Numbered from the stretch's first letter, positions 37,695 through 47,295 are shown. The stretch: DNA of 64,000 nt from Arenimonas sp. (GCA_050737875.1 JBOHYG010000108.1:31241-95240); one strand, 5' to 3'. Program-made: numbers and translations. The notes: generated by a model from the sequence alone, not told the origin.

Positions 37695-39917
37695 GTGCAG
37701 AAAGCTTGGACTTTAATTGGCACATTATTGTTGGCTGGTTTGTTGGTGTGCGGAAAGGCACATGGCCAAGCTGCTGCGACAGAGGCAACTCCGGCACCAG
37801 CGGCGGAATTGGATCTTAGTCTGGCGCAGAGCAACTACAGCGTCACACTTGAAGACATGTTGACTGCGCGTGAAAGCGTCAACCTTAGTCCTGTCATCGG
37901 CAACGAGATATCGATTACCTCCAGAGCAGGCGGGAAATATTGGCTGCGAATGAAAGTAAGTCTGCCCGCAGAAGCAGGTGAAATGTTGCTGAGCTTTGAA
38001 CGGCAGAATGTCCAGTCCATCAAGCTCTACCAGATAGAAACCAACGACAAGAAAGTTTCGGTCATTCCGTTTCAGTCCAGCCAGATGCCGCATCAGGAAA
38101 ATACCCGGGGCAGCTGGCCCACCAGAATCGTCTTCGTATTGCCGCCGGCGGTCCAGAATGGTTCGGTTCTCTATGCCGAAATCGAACCAATGGGTTTCGT
38201 GCACCTTCGCCCGCGGCTTTTGAACGCCGAACAGCAAGCTGAATCAACGGCTGCGGACGATGATTTCTTCATCTATCTTTATCTGAGCATGTTGATCCTC
38301 ATTTGCCTGGCGATCTACCGGCAACTACGGGCAGCGGAATCACAAGCCATCCTGATCGGCCTGGGCCTGATTGTCGGCTTGTTTGGATTCTTTGCCTACA
38401 ACACCCATTTGCCCTTGTTCCTGAAGACTGATTTCATCAACAAGCCATCCATCGCTTATGCGTTAATCATCCTGATAACGGCGCCATTTCTTGCGGCCAG
38501 TAATTTTTTCTCGGGATTCAATGCGCGCTGGGTCGGTGGGGCTACCTGGATCATCCGCTTTTCGATCGCGCTGATGGGCTTGGCCATTTTCGTGGCCACG
38601 ACCGATTTTTTAAGTGTCGCCGCATTGCAATTGATGACTGCAAGTGTGTGGACGCTATGTCTCGGAATTGCGATTTCCATTTATCTTTTTGATGTCCGTA
38701 CCAGCCGTTGGGCCGCAATTATCGTTGCCATCGGATTGCTGGCTGCCATTTGGGCTCCATCATTCGTGTTCCAGCAGGCTTTGCCCTCGACGCGCATGAA
38801 TCTGTATGGATTCCAGATATTTTTCATCGTCCTGATGGCGGTTTATTTGCTGCTGCCCTGGTTGCGTCAGGTATTGCAGGAACGTGGCCGCAAACGCCGC
38901 GTGGTACCGCCACCTGAATTAACGACCGACGAAAAAATTGCGATCGCACGCGAGCAATTGATGGCCAGCCTGCAATCGGCACTGGTCAATGCCAACGAAA
39001 ACGATGTCGAATGGATTGCCTACCGGCGTCTGCTGGAAGGATTGAAGCCGATATTGCCGCAGATTGCTTCGGCAGTGGTCGCGAAAAACTACCACAACGA
39101 AGATTTGTTGCTGGTTGAACCCAAGTCTGCGACCGAACGATATGCCGCACTGATAAGCCAACGCAGCAACATGCTGAAAAACCTGAGCCGCATGACGGCG
39201 CCGCAACAGATCCGGATTGATTTCGACGGCCCCGATGGCCCTCTGGAAGCCGTGAGTTTGGCAGTGATTCCGTTGCCGATAGACAAACCAGGCTGGGGCG
39301 CTTTGATTGTGGAGAGAGATTCCGAAAGGACCTATACCGAGCAGGAAATGGATTTCGGTGCCGAGTTCGCCGCACTTGCCACCACGGCAGGAGACGAAGC
39401 GGCGGAAGCCATGTCGACGCGTCACCACAAGGAAATGGATGCCGATACCGGGTTGTTCAACCGTGAAAAATTCGATGCGGTCGTCAAGCAAGCCATCGAT
39501 GCGGCAGTCTTGCAGGGTAAGCAAATGGCACTGCTGCGAATCAATGTCGATAATTTCGAGGATGTCACCGCTGGCAAACCGCAAGTCAGGAAAGAAGTGC
39601 TGCAGTCGCTGGTGAGTTCCTTGAACGACGAAGTGGACTATGGCGTCACGATGGCGCGCTTCGATTCCGAAACCATTGTGGTGATGATGCCGGACAAAAA
39701 TCTCGGACAGGCGCGCGAGCTCGCGCAGCGTATCTGCAATGTCGCCAGTAGCATCGCGGCTGCTTCCGAGCCATCGATGAAATTTACCGTGAGCGTTGGC
39801 GTCAGCCAGCTCCAACCTGGAGAGCGTTCAAGCAAAATGATGTTCGACCGCGCTGCGGCAGCAGTGGCGAAAGCCCAGGAATACGGCGGCAACCAAATTC
39901 AGGCGGTCAGTAATTGA
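37695..39917 (+). CDS. 7TMR-DISM sensor with degenerate GGDEF domain
   Basis: GTG start 8 nt after AGGGAG. It has a signal peptide, a periplasmic beta-rich domain, 7 TM helices and a cytoplasmic linker. The C-terminal GGDEF fold (DADTGLFNRE...LLRINVDNF...) carries FDSET where GGDEF should be (nt 39660-39674). Confidence 0.85.
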   Translation: MQKAWTLIGTLLLAGLLVCGKAHGQAAATEATPAPAAELDLSLAQSNYSVTLEDMLTARESVNLSPVIGNEISITSRAGGKYWLRMKVSLPAEAGEMLLSFERQNVQSIKLYQIETNDKKVSVIPFQSSQMPHQENTRGSWPTRIVFVLPPAVQNGSVLYAEIEPMGFVHLRPRLLNAEQQAESTAADDDFFIYLYLSMLILICLAIYRQLRAAESQAILIGLGLIVGLFGFFAYNTHLPLFLKTDFINKPSIAYALIILITAPFLAASNFFSGFNARWVGGATWIIRFSIALMGLAIFVATTDFLSVAALQLMTASVWTLCLGIAISIYLFDVRTSRWAAIIVAIGLLAAIWAPSFVFQQALPSTRMNLYGFQIFFIVLMAVYLLLPWLRQVLQERGRKRRVVPPPELTTDEKIAIAREQLMASLQSALVNANENDVEWIAYRRLLEGLKPILPQIASAVVAKNYHNEDLLLVEPKSATERYAALISQRSNMLKNLSRMTAPQQIRIDFDGPDGPLEAVSLAVIPLPIDKPGWGALIVERDSERTYTEQEMDFGAEFAALATTAGDEAAEAMSTRHHKEMDADTGLFNREKFDAVVKQAIDAAVLQGKQMALLRINVDNFEDVTAGKPQVRKEVLQSLVSSLNDEVDYGVTMARFDSETIVVMMPDKNLGQARELAQRICNVASSIAAASEPSMKFTVSVGVSQLQPGERSSKMMFDRAAAAVAKAQEYGGNQIQAVSN

Positions 39918-40567
39918 TGGCGCTCGAGCTGGTTATTGGCAACAAGAATTACTCGTCCTGGTCTCTGCGGCCGTGGTTGCTGATGAGTTATTTCGACCTG
40001 AAATTCACCGAAGTGAAATTGCCATTGGATACGCCGGAGTTTTTTCGACGCATTGCCGATTATTCTCCGGTGCCGAAAGTGCCGGTGTTGCGGGATGGCG
40101 ATGAAACCATCTGGGATTCACTGGCGATTTGTGAAGTCGTCAACGAGCGTTATCTGGGCGGAAAGGGCTGGCCCGCGGATATAAAGGTGCGTGCAGCTGC
40201 ACGCTGTGCGGTCGCCGAAATGCATTCCGGTTTTTCCGCCTTGCGAACTCAGGTGCCGTTGAATTGTCACCGCAAACCCGATGGCTATCGCTGGAAAGAG
40301 GATGCCGACCGGGATATCGAACGCATCAAGGCGATATGGCTGGATTTGCGAACCCGCTTCGGCGGTGCCAACGGCTATCTCTGCGGTGAATTCGGGATCG
40401 TCGATGCGATGTTTGCGCCGGTCTGCGTTCGCTTCAAGGCATACGGCGTGACGATGGATGACAATACCCGCGGTTACGTGGACACGATCTATCGAATTCC
40501 TGCGATGCAGGCCTGGCTAGCGGAGGCAAAACATGAGCCGCCAAAGCCATCCAATGGCGAACCCTGA
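39917..40567 (+). CDS. Glutathione S-transferase family protein
   Basis: ELVIGNKNYSSWSLRPWLLM...VPVLRDGDETIWDSLAICE. The ATG overlaps the upstream TGA (TGATG). Confidence 0.85.
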   Translation: MALELVIGNKNYSSWSLRPWLLMSYFDLKFTEVKLPLDTPEFFRRIADYSPVPKVPVLRDGDETIWDSLAICEVVNERYLGGKGWPADIKVRAAARCAVAEMHSGFSALRTQVPLNCHRKPDGYRWKEDADRDIERIKAIWLDLRTRFGGANGYLCGEFGIVDAMFAPVCVRFKAYGVTMDDNTRGYVDTIYRIPAMQAWLAEAKHEPPKPSNGEP

Positions 40568-40588
40568 TTTTTTCCGTATCTACGTCGG

Positions 40589-41236
40589 CTAGGGTTTCAC
40601 TTCGATTGCACAGACATAAACCAGCTCACAGGCGCCGCTGCCGGTGTCATCGCGGCTAAGCGAGCTTTGCCAGCGCCAGCCATCGCTTTTTTCGATGCGA
40701 ATCAGCCAACCCTGCAGTTCGACAATATCGTCGCTCGACACACGACCCAGCATCTCGGCAACCGAAGTGCTGGACGGCACCAGATGCATATTGGCGCTAT
40801 TGCTGATGATTTCATTTGGGGGAATCGGCGGCCCTTCATTGCCCCAGCTGTAACGGTAGAAACGGCCGGATTGGTTGATATTCAGCTTGTCCGCCATGCC
40901 GAGTTTTGCCATCGGCCCCCAGCCTAAAGCCAGGTCCGTAGGTGAAAACTCGGCCTCGGTTCCCAGGCGATAATCTTCCCGCGAGAGAACTCTTGCCTGC
41001 AGACTGATACCGGCGAGCGGGACAATCCTGGTATTGCCGAGCTGCATCGCCTGGATACGGTTATTGACATCCGACTGCAGCGGTTTGTCGGGGTTGGTAA
41101 ATTTCTCCGGCAGCGGGCAACCGGCGTTTCCATTACTACTGGCAGCTAAATATTGCGGTGTACTGCTTGAGCCCAAGCTTTGCCAGCCGACCAGCAGCAA
41201 CAATAAAGCCAAAATTATCCAGATCAAACGTGACAT
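40589..41236 (-). CDS. Hypothetical exported/membrane-anchored protein
   Basis: 215 aa with an N-terminal hydrophobic anchor (LIWIILALLLLLVGW). No motif is recognised. The coding-like composition and length support a real gene. Confidence 0.55.
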   Translation of the reverse strand: MSRLIWIILALLLLLVGWQSLGSSSTPQYLAASSNGNAGCPLPEKFTNPDKPLQSDVNNRIQAMQLGNTRIVPLAGISLQARVLSREDYRLGTEAEFSPTDLALGWGPMAKLGMADKLNINQSGRFYRYSWGNEGPPIPPNEIISNSANMHLVPSSTSVAEMLGRVSSDDIVELQGWLIRIEKSDGWRWQSSLSRDDTGSGACELVYVCAIEVKP

Positions 41237-41310
41237 AGGCTTATCGCTAAGTAGTCCATAAATCGACCGGCAACGCGCGCAGTGTAACCGCTGCAGTCGT
41301 CATTGGTAGT

Positions 41311-42999
41311 TTATTCCGCAGCTTTACGCGAGGTAATCAGCGACGGGTCGTTCAATACCATCTCCGCCATGCTGTGTGCCAATTCGCGTTCCGCTACCAC
41401 CGTGCCATCGGCGCCGTGGTCGAAAAAATGTTGTGCGGCAGATTCGCTATGCGCACGCGCCAGAATACTGAGTTTCGGGTTTGCCGCGCGAAGGCGGGCG
41501 ATGATTTCGCCGGCCTCGAAAGCATTTGGAATCGCTACCAATGCGTGGGTGGCGGTTTCGATTGATAGATCCTTCAGCAATTTTACATTTGCCGCGTTGC
41601 CTCGAATCGCCGCAATGCCCCTGGCGTGCGCTTTTTCGACCAAGTCGCCGCTGTCGTCAACGACCATCAGGGCAACGCCGCGCTCTTGCAGAAGTGCTGC
41701 CAGATGGCTGCCGACGCGGCCGTAACCAATCAAGATGGTGTGGTTTTGCCGGGGGAAGGCAGGTCCGGGAGGCGGCTCAAGCGAAGCAGTAATCTGCACG
41801 GCTGGATCGATGCTGCGCGAACGCCAACGGCCCAATGCGGCAAATAGCATTGGATTGATCACGATCGAAAGCAGGGCGCCGGCCAGAATCAAATCACGGC
41901 CTTGTTCCGGTAGAAGTTTCATGCCGACGCCCAGGCTCGCGAGGATGAAGCTGAACTCGCCGATCTGCGACAGGCTGGCACCGATCGTCAGGGTGGTGGC
42001 TTTTTTATGTTTGAACTGATGCACGACCAGCATTGCGACAAAGGGTTTTCCGATTGTGATGATCATGAAAGTCGCAAGCACGAGAAATGGTTTCTCGATA
42101 ATGACGCTTGGGTTGAACAGCATGCCGACCGACACAAAAAACAACACCGCGAATGCATCACGCATCGGCAGCGTGTCGGCTGCGGCTTTATGGCTGAGTT
42201 CGGATTCGTTGAGCAACATGCCGGCAAAAAATGCACCGAGTGCGAATGAAACGCCGAATAAATTTGCCGATCCGAACGCGACGCCGAGTGCAATCGCCAA
42301 AATCGATAGCGTGAATAATTCCCGCGACCCCGAACCGGCAACGCGTTCCAGCAACCAGGGAATCGCGCGTCGGCCAACAAGCAACATCAGCGCCACGAAG
42401 ATCGCGAGTTTGCCAATGGTGGTGCCGAGTGAAATCAATAATATTTTGATATCGATGGAGTTGCCGCCACCGACCATCGAGTGTGCGAGTACCGGCAGGA
42501 ATACCAGCGCCAGCACCATCACCAGGTCTTCAACGATGACCCAGCCAATCGCCAATTTTCCGCGTCCGGTACTGAGCAGGCGATGTTCTTCCAAGCTTCG
42601 CAAAAGCACCACGGTACTGGCTACCGACAGCGCCAGGCCAAAAACAAAACACTGTACCGGTGGCCAACCCAGGTTCCAGGCCAGCAGCCAGCCCAAAGCC
42701 GTTGCAGCGGCAATGCCTGCCAACGCTCCGGGGATCGCGGTCTTGCGGACTTCAAGCAAATCTTCCAGGGAAAAATGCAGCCCAACGCCGAACATCAAGA
42801 GAATCACGCCGATTTCGGCCAATTGATTGGCCAAGCCCTGGTCGGCAATAAAACCCGGGGTGAATGGGCCAATGATGACGCCGGCTAATAGATACCCCAC
42901 CAATGGCGAAAGCCGTAAGCGCTGTGCGGCGTATCCGGCCATGAAAGCCAGAACAACCCCGAGGGAGATCAGCGCAATCAACGGAGTCGCATGGGGCAT
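41311..42999 (-). CDS. CPA2-family cation:proton antiporter with C-terminal RCK/TrkA-N domain (YbaL/Kef-like)
   Basis: LSPLVGYLLAGVIIGP...EIGVILLMFGVGLHF. The C-terminal Rossmann segment is ILIGYGRVGSHLAALL. Confidence 0.9.
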   Translation of the reverse strand: MPHATPLIALISLGVVLAFMAGYAAQRLRLSPLVGYLLAGVIIGPFTPGFIADQGLANQLAEIGVILLMFGVGLHFSLEDLLEVRKTAIPGALAGIAAATALGWLLAWNLGWPPVQCFVFGLALSVASTVVLLRSLEEHRLLSTGRGKLAIGWVIVEDLVMVLALVFLPVLAHSMVGGGNSIDIKILLISLGTTIGKLAIFVALMLLVGRRAIPWLLERVAGSGSRELFTLSILAIALGVAFGSANLFGVSFALGAFFAGMLLNESELSHKAAADTLPMRDAFAVLFFVSVGMLFNPSVIIEKPFLVLATFMIITIGKPFVAMLVVHQFKHKKATTLTIGASLSQIGEFSFILASLGVGMKLLPEQGRDLILAGALLSIVINPMLFAALGRWRSRSIDPAVQITASLEPPPGPAFPRQNHTILIGYGRVGSHLAALLQERGVALMVVDDSGDLVEKAHARGIAAIRGNAANVKLLKDLSIETATHALVAIPNAFEAGEIIARLRAANPKLSILARAHSESAAQHFFDHGADGTVVAERELAHSMAEMVLNDPSLITSRKAAE

Positions 43000-43087
43000 A
43001 GGCTTCCTTGATCTAGTATGTGTTGATTATGGCAAATATGTCCGTAAGCAAATGTTATTACCTGGAATCACGACATCACAATCGATG

Positions 43088-43720
43088 TCAGTTCGATTTC
43101 AGAATTTTCAATTCCTGTTCGACTGCAATAAGCCTTTCTTCCAATTGCGCGACGCGTTCTTCCAATGCATTCGATGCCGGTGATGAACCGGTTTTTGCAG
43201 CTGGCAGTTGCGAATAATCTACCGGACCGCAAAGCAGATGCATGTATCGATCTTCGCGTTGACCACTGGCGCGCGGTATCCGTTCGATCAATGGATTTTC
43301 GCGTTGGTTTAGGCGTTCAAGCGTGTGCTTCACATCGTCAAGGTCGCTGAAGCTTGCCAGCCGTTCGGTACGCGTCATCAACTCGCCCAAAGTTTGCGGG
43401 CCACGCAGCATCAGTACGCAAATCAATGCCTGCTGTTGCTTGGTCAAGCTGAAAACCGTGTTCACGCGATGTTCGTAGCGTTCGGCGCGCGCACCATGTT
43501 GGCTGCGCACCAGTCCGCGCGGATCAAGTTGCCGCATGCTATGTCCAACTTCACCTAGCGATAAATCCATCACCGGTTCGCGATTTGTTTTCTGGTTGCA
43601 GGCCAGATGGATCGCATTGAGCGTGAGCGGATATTGCTCGGGCGTAGTGGCTTCCTTTTCGATCAGGCAGCCGAGAATCCGGGCTTCAATCGCGCTCAAC
43701 AAGGCGTTGGGTTCAGTCAT
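43088..43720 (-). CDS. yceH: YceH family protein (DUF480)
   Basis: LSAIEARILGCLIEKEATTPEQYPLTLNAIHLACNQKTNREPVM, with a C-terminal coiled coil. Confidence 0.85.
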   Translation of the reverse strand: MTEPNALLSAIEARILGCLIEKEATTPEQYPLTLNAIHLACNQKTNREPVMDLSLGEVGHSMRQLDPRGLVRSQHGARAERYEHRVNTVFSLTKQQQALICVLMLRGPQTLGELMTRTERLASFSDLDDVKHTLERLNQRENPLIERIPRASGQREDRYMHLLCGPVDYSQLPAAKTGSSPASNALEERVAQLEERLIAVEQELKILKSN

Positions 43721-43924
43721 TGGTCGTCATTCCACTAGGCAGGCTAGTCTGTACTTTAGGCTATCTGTATCTAAATCACTAAGTTTGCAGCGCCCGGGGA
43801 ATCAAGCACTTAGCGCATTAATCAGGCTCGTCCGGGTACGTGATTTGCAGTTTCGAGACGTGGATTTCGATAATGGCGAAAGATTTAGATGTTTTACTGC
43901 CGCCAGAAAGAATAAAATAAGCCC

Positions 43925-45790
43925 ATGATTTCTTTCCGTAATTTCGCTCTGCGACGGGGCGAACGCCTTCTTTTGTCCCAAATGGACCTCACCCTGCAAG
44001 CCGGATGGCGCGTGGGCGTTGTCGGTCGTAATGGCTGTGGCAAATCCAGTTTGTTCGCGGCATTCACCCGGGAAGTGGAAGCCGATTCCGGCGACCTGGA
44101 TTTCTCCGGCAAAATACGTCTCGCTAGCGTGGCGCAGGAAACACCATCCTTGCCCGATGCCGCGATCGAGTTTGTATTGAGTGGCGATACCGAAGTGGCT
44201 TCGGTCATCAAGGCAGAAGCCGATGCGATGCAGCGCGAAGATTGGGATGCGGTAGCCGCCGCTCATCAGAAACTTTCGGAAATCAACGGTTACGATGCGA
44301 CAGCGCGGGCCGGCCGTTTATTGCATGGCCTTGGTTTTCCTGGCGAAGCACACGAACAGGCGGTGTCGGATTTCTCCGGCGGTTGGCGTGTCCGCTTGAA
44401 TGTGGCGCGTGCACTGATGTGTCCCTCGGATTTATTGCTGCTCGACGAACCGACCAACCATCTGGATTTGGACGCCGTGTTGTGGATGGAGCAGTGGTTG
44501 CTGAAATACCAGGGCACCATGCTGGTCATTTCGCATGACCGCGAGTTCCTCGATGAAGTCTGCACGCACACCCTGCATTTGCATGATGGCCGGGCAAAAC
44601 TTTATGTCGGTGGCTATACCGCGTTCGAACGCCAGCGTTCCGAACATCTGCGTCTGCAACAAATCACGTTTGAAAAAGAACAAGCGGAACGCGCGCATCT
44701 GCAAAGCTTTATCGATCGCTTCAAGGCGCAGGCCAGCAAGGCCAAGCAGGCGCAATCGCGCGTGAAGCGCCTGGAAAAAATGTCCGGCACCGAAGCTGTC
44801 CGCGCAGAGCGCAACTTCAAGATCAATTTCCCCGAGCCGGTGAAGTTGCCGCATTCCTTGTTGCGCCTGAATCACGTTGATGCCGGTTACGGCAGTATCC
44901 GGATTCTCGAGAACGTCGGTTTCGGTCTGGAAGCCGGTGATCGCGTCGCCTTGCTCGGTCCGAATGGCGCCGGTAAATCGACGCTGGTTAAAACCCTGGT
45001 TGGCGAATTGCCATTGCTTGCCGGCGAACGTATCGCACATCCGGATTTGAAAATCGGCTACTTCGCGCAACATACCGTCGAGAGTTTGCAAGAAGGTCAA
45101 AGTCCGCTTTGGCATTTGAAAGAAGTCGCGCCGGATGCCGGTGACCAGGTATTGCGTAATTATCTTGGCACCTGGAATTTTGCCGGCGACCGTGCATTCG
45201 AATCGGTCGATGGTTTTTCCGGTGGCGAGCGCGCACGTCTTGCGCTGGCGATCATCGCCTACAACAAACCGAACGTGATGTTGCTCGACGAACCAACGAA
45301 CCATCTTGATCTGGAAATGCGCGAAGCGCTCGCCGAAGCCTTGTCGGAATTCGAGGGCGCGATCGTGATGGTCTCGCATGATCGCCATTTGATCGGCCTG
45401 GTTTGCGATACCTTCTGGCGCGTCGCCGACGGCAAGGTGGAATCGTTCGAAGGCGATCTCGACGAATACGCAGCCTGGCTGCGGGCACGTGGCAACAAGG
45501 CCAGCGACACAAAGACAGTGAAACCGGACAAGACGGAAAAATCAAGTCCGTTACGCACCGATAACGAAATGCGCGGACTTCGCAAACGTTTTCAAACCGT
45601 CGAAACCGAGCTGGAAAAATACAAGGCCGAAAAACACCAGATTGAAAACCAGTTCGCCGATGAAGAGTTTTGCAAAATACACATCAAGGAATTGGCGGCC
45701 TTGTCATCCAGGCAGGACAGCGTGATTAAAAATATCGATTCGCTGGAAGCCGAGTGGCTGGAAATATACGAACAGTTGGAAGCGGTTTAG
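43925..45790 (+). CDS. ABC-F family ATPase (YheS-like translation factor)
   Basis: Two NBDs (GRNGCGKSS, LSGGWRVRL, LLLDEPTNHLD; GPNGAGKST, FSGGERARL, MLLDEPTNHLD) with an inter-domain linker, a C-terminal coiled coil and no TM domain. Confidence 0.92.
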   Translation: MISFRNFALRRGERLLLSQMDLTLQAGWRVGVVGRNGCGKSSLFAAFTREVEADSGDLDFSGKIRLASVAQETPSLPDAAIEFVLSGDTEVASVIKAEADAMQREDWDAVAAAHQKLSEINGYDATARAGRLLHGLGFPGEAHEQAVSDFSGGWRVRLNVARALMCPSDLLLLDEPTNHLDLDAVLWMEQWLLKYQGTMLVISHDREFLDEVCTHTLHLHDGRAKLYVGGYTAFERQRSEHLRLQQITFEKEQAERAHLQSFIDRFKAQASKAKQAQSRVKRLEKMSGTEAVRAERNFKINFPEPVKLPHSLLRLNHVDAGYGSIRILENVGFGLEAGDRVALLGPNGAGKSTLVKTLVGELPLLAGERIAHPDLKIGYFAQHTVESLQEGQSPLWHLKEVAPDAGDQVLRNYLGTWNFAGDRAFESVDGFSGGERARLALAIIAYNKPNVMLLDEPTNHLDLEMREALAEALSEFEGAIVMVSHDRHLIGLVCDTFWRVADGKVESFEGDLDEYAAWLRARGNKASDTKTVKPDKTEKSSPLRTDNEMRGLRKRFQTVETELEKYKAEKHQIENQFADEEFCKIHIKELAALSSRQDSVIKNIDSLEAEWLEIYEQLEAV

Positions 45791-45794
45791 AGTT

Positions 45795-45819
45795 CTCCCT
45801 CTCCCGCTGGAGAGGGGAG
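45795..45819. repeat. REP-like GC-rich hairpin of the same family (CTCCCTCTCC-CGCT-GGAGAGGGGAG, one bulge)
   Basis: Located 5 nt after the ABC-F gene stop. The arms share the CCCTCTCC/GGAGAGGG core with the two elements near 14.7 kb. Confidence 0.6.
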
Positions 45820-45850
45820 CTTAATGAGTTTGTTGTACTGAGGATTTAAT

Positions 45851-46183
45851 ATGCCGATTTACGGATTTGAATGTGAAAGTTGCGGTCATCAATTCGATCG
45901 CCTGCAAAAGTTGTCGGATACCGACCCAACGCATTGCCCGGCCTGCGAAAAAGAAACGCTGCGCCGTCAATTGACTGCGCCGCAATTCCGACTTTCCGGT
46001 GGTGGCTGGTACGAGACCGATTTCAAGAAAGACGGTGACAAGAAGCGCAATCTTGCCGATAGCGGTGATGCAAAAACGTCATCGGGCACGGAATCCAAAC
46101 CCGAAACGAAAACCGAGTCGAAGCCGGAAACAAAAGTGGAATCGAAGCCTGCAGCTCTGGCATCCGGCACCAGCAGCACATAA
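45851..46183 (+). CDS. FmdB-family zinc-ribbon protein with repetitive acidic/lysine tail
   Basis: MPIYGFECESCGHQF...HCPACEKETLRRQLTAPQFRLSGGGWYETDFKK. The C-terminus is ESKPETKT/ESKPETKV/ESKP. Confidence 0.8.
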   Translation: MPIYGFECESCGHQFDRLQKLSDTDPTHCPACEKETLRRQLTAPQFRLSGGGWYETDFKKDGDKKRNLADSGDAKTSSGTESKPETKTESKPETKVESKPAALASGTSST

Positions 46184-46211
46184 AAAAAGCCCCGGCGAAC
46201 CGGAGCTTTTT
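46182..46211. terminator. Bidirectional rho-independent terminator between convergent genes
   Basis: A7-GCCCCGG-CGAA-CCGGAGC-T5: a stem with one mismatch, flanked by an A-run and a T-run. It lies between the FmdB-like gene (+) and DUF3011 paralogue 1 (-). Confidence 0.7.
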
Positions 46212-46231
46212 CCATTCAAGCTTTGGTCAAT

Positions 46232-47137
46232 TTATTGAGCCGAGAAACGAGCGCGGCAACCCTGGTCAACCCAGATGCCACGACCATCGTAACCCCAGTT
46301 GCGACCATTAATGCAGGGCTGGGTAGATAGTTGTTCTACCAGGCGCGGATTGCCGTAGCGCGAATCCCAGTCGCAGCGTGTCATTAAATTGTTCACGCTG
46401 GAACATGTGACCGAATAATTGCTGTCACGATACCAATCGCGACCATCACGGTTTCCGGAACGATTCACCGCCGCGAATTGTGCGCGACAACCGCGACTCA
46501 CCCAGACCATGCCTTGGCGTTGTCCCCAGCTGCGACCAGAAATGCATGCACGACTATTATTGAGTCTGCGCACAAGTTCTACACGGCCACGGATGTTGGT
46601 AGCACATTCACGGTAACGGTTTCTGTTGCTTTGACAGACGACGATGCGATTGTTGTCGGGATAGTTGTCGGACGACGTCCGGACAATGCCGAAACGTGCA
46701 CGACAGCCGCGGTTTACCCAAATATATCCGGGACGTTGACCCCAGCTTTGACCTTCAATGCAGGCCGACGCTGAAATCTGCTGCGTGATAATGGCCGTGC
46801 CGCGGAACGGCGCTGCACATTCGGCGTACTGACTGTTAATGCTGCTGCAAATTACTTCACGGGCGATCCAGCCTTCGCGGGGCCGCCATGCGGTAGTGGC
46901 ATACGTGCGACGGGAGTCCGCCATGTCCTGGCTGATTTGGCTCATCGACCAACCGGCATTGCTTTGATCCAGATAATACTCAAGCTGATTATCGGGGATC
47001 ATGCGGCCATTGTTCTGGCGTGCGTATTCCTCTTCGATCATTTGTATCTGGCTGCGGGTATTGACCTGCGCCGATGCCGTATTGATGGTGATCAAGCTAC
47101 TGATGGTCAGTAGCAAGGCAAATAGAAATTTCGACAT
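46232..47137 (-). CDS. Secreted DUF3011 protein (three 4-Cys repeats), paralogue 1
   Basis: Signal peptide (ITINTASAQV) and an N-terminal ~70-aa domain. It has three ~58-aa modules of the form C-S-S-x5-7-C...Q-x-S-x3-C-x-G-x-x-W-G...W-V-x-x-G-C-R-A-x-F. Confidence 0.8.
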   Translation of the reverse strand: MSKFLFALLLTISSLITINTASAQVNTRSQIQMIEEEYARQNNGRMIPDNQLEYYLDQSNAGWSMSQISQDMADSRRTYATTAWRPREGWIAREVICSSINSQYAECAAPFRGTAIITQQISASACIEGQSWGQRPGYIWVNRGCRARFGIVRTSSDNYPDNNRIVVCQSNRNRYRECATNIRGRVELVRRLNNSRACISGRSWGQRQGMVWVSRGCRAQFAAVNRSGNRDGRDWYRDSNYSVTCSSVNNLMTRCDWDSRYGNPRLVEQLSTQPCINGRNWGYDGRGIWVDQGCRARFSAQ

Positions 47138-47248
47138 TTTTATTCTCCTGAAGCCAGCGATGTGACGTCAGGTTCTCAAAGTGCATTCAGCGTTTCTGTA
47201 CGAAATCGCACCATGTGTCGAAAACATTCATGCGACATGCAGTTACGC

Positions 47249-47274
47249 AAAAAAAGCCCCGAATTTTCGGGGCT
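47249..47274 (-). terminator. Rho-independent terminator of DUF3011 paralogue 2
   Basis: On the minus strand, AGCCCCGA-AAAT-TCGGGGCT is followed by T7, about 20 nt after the stop at 47296. Confidence 0.75.
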
Positions 47275-47295
47275 TTGATGAAAAGAAATCTGGCT

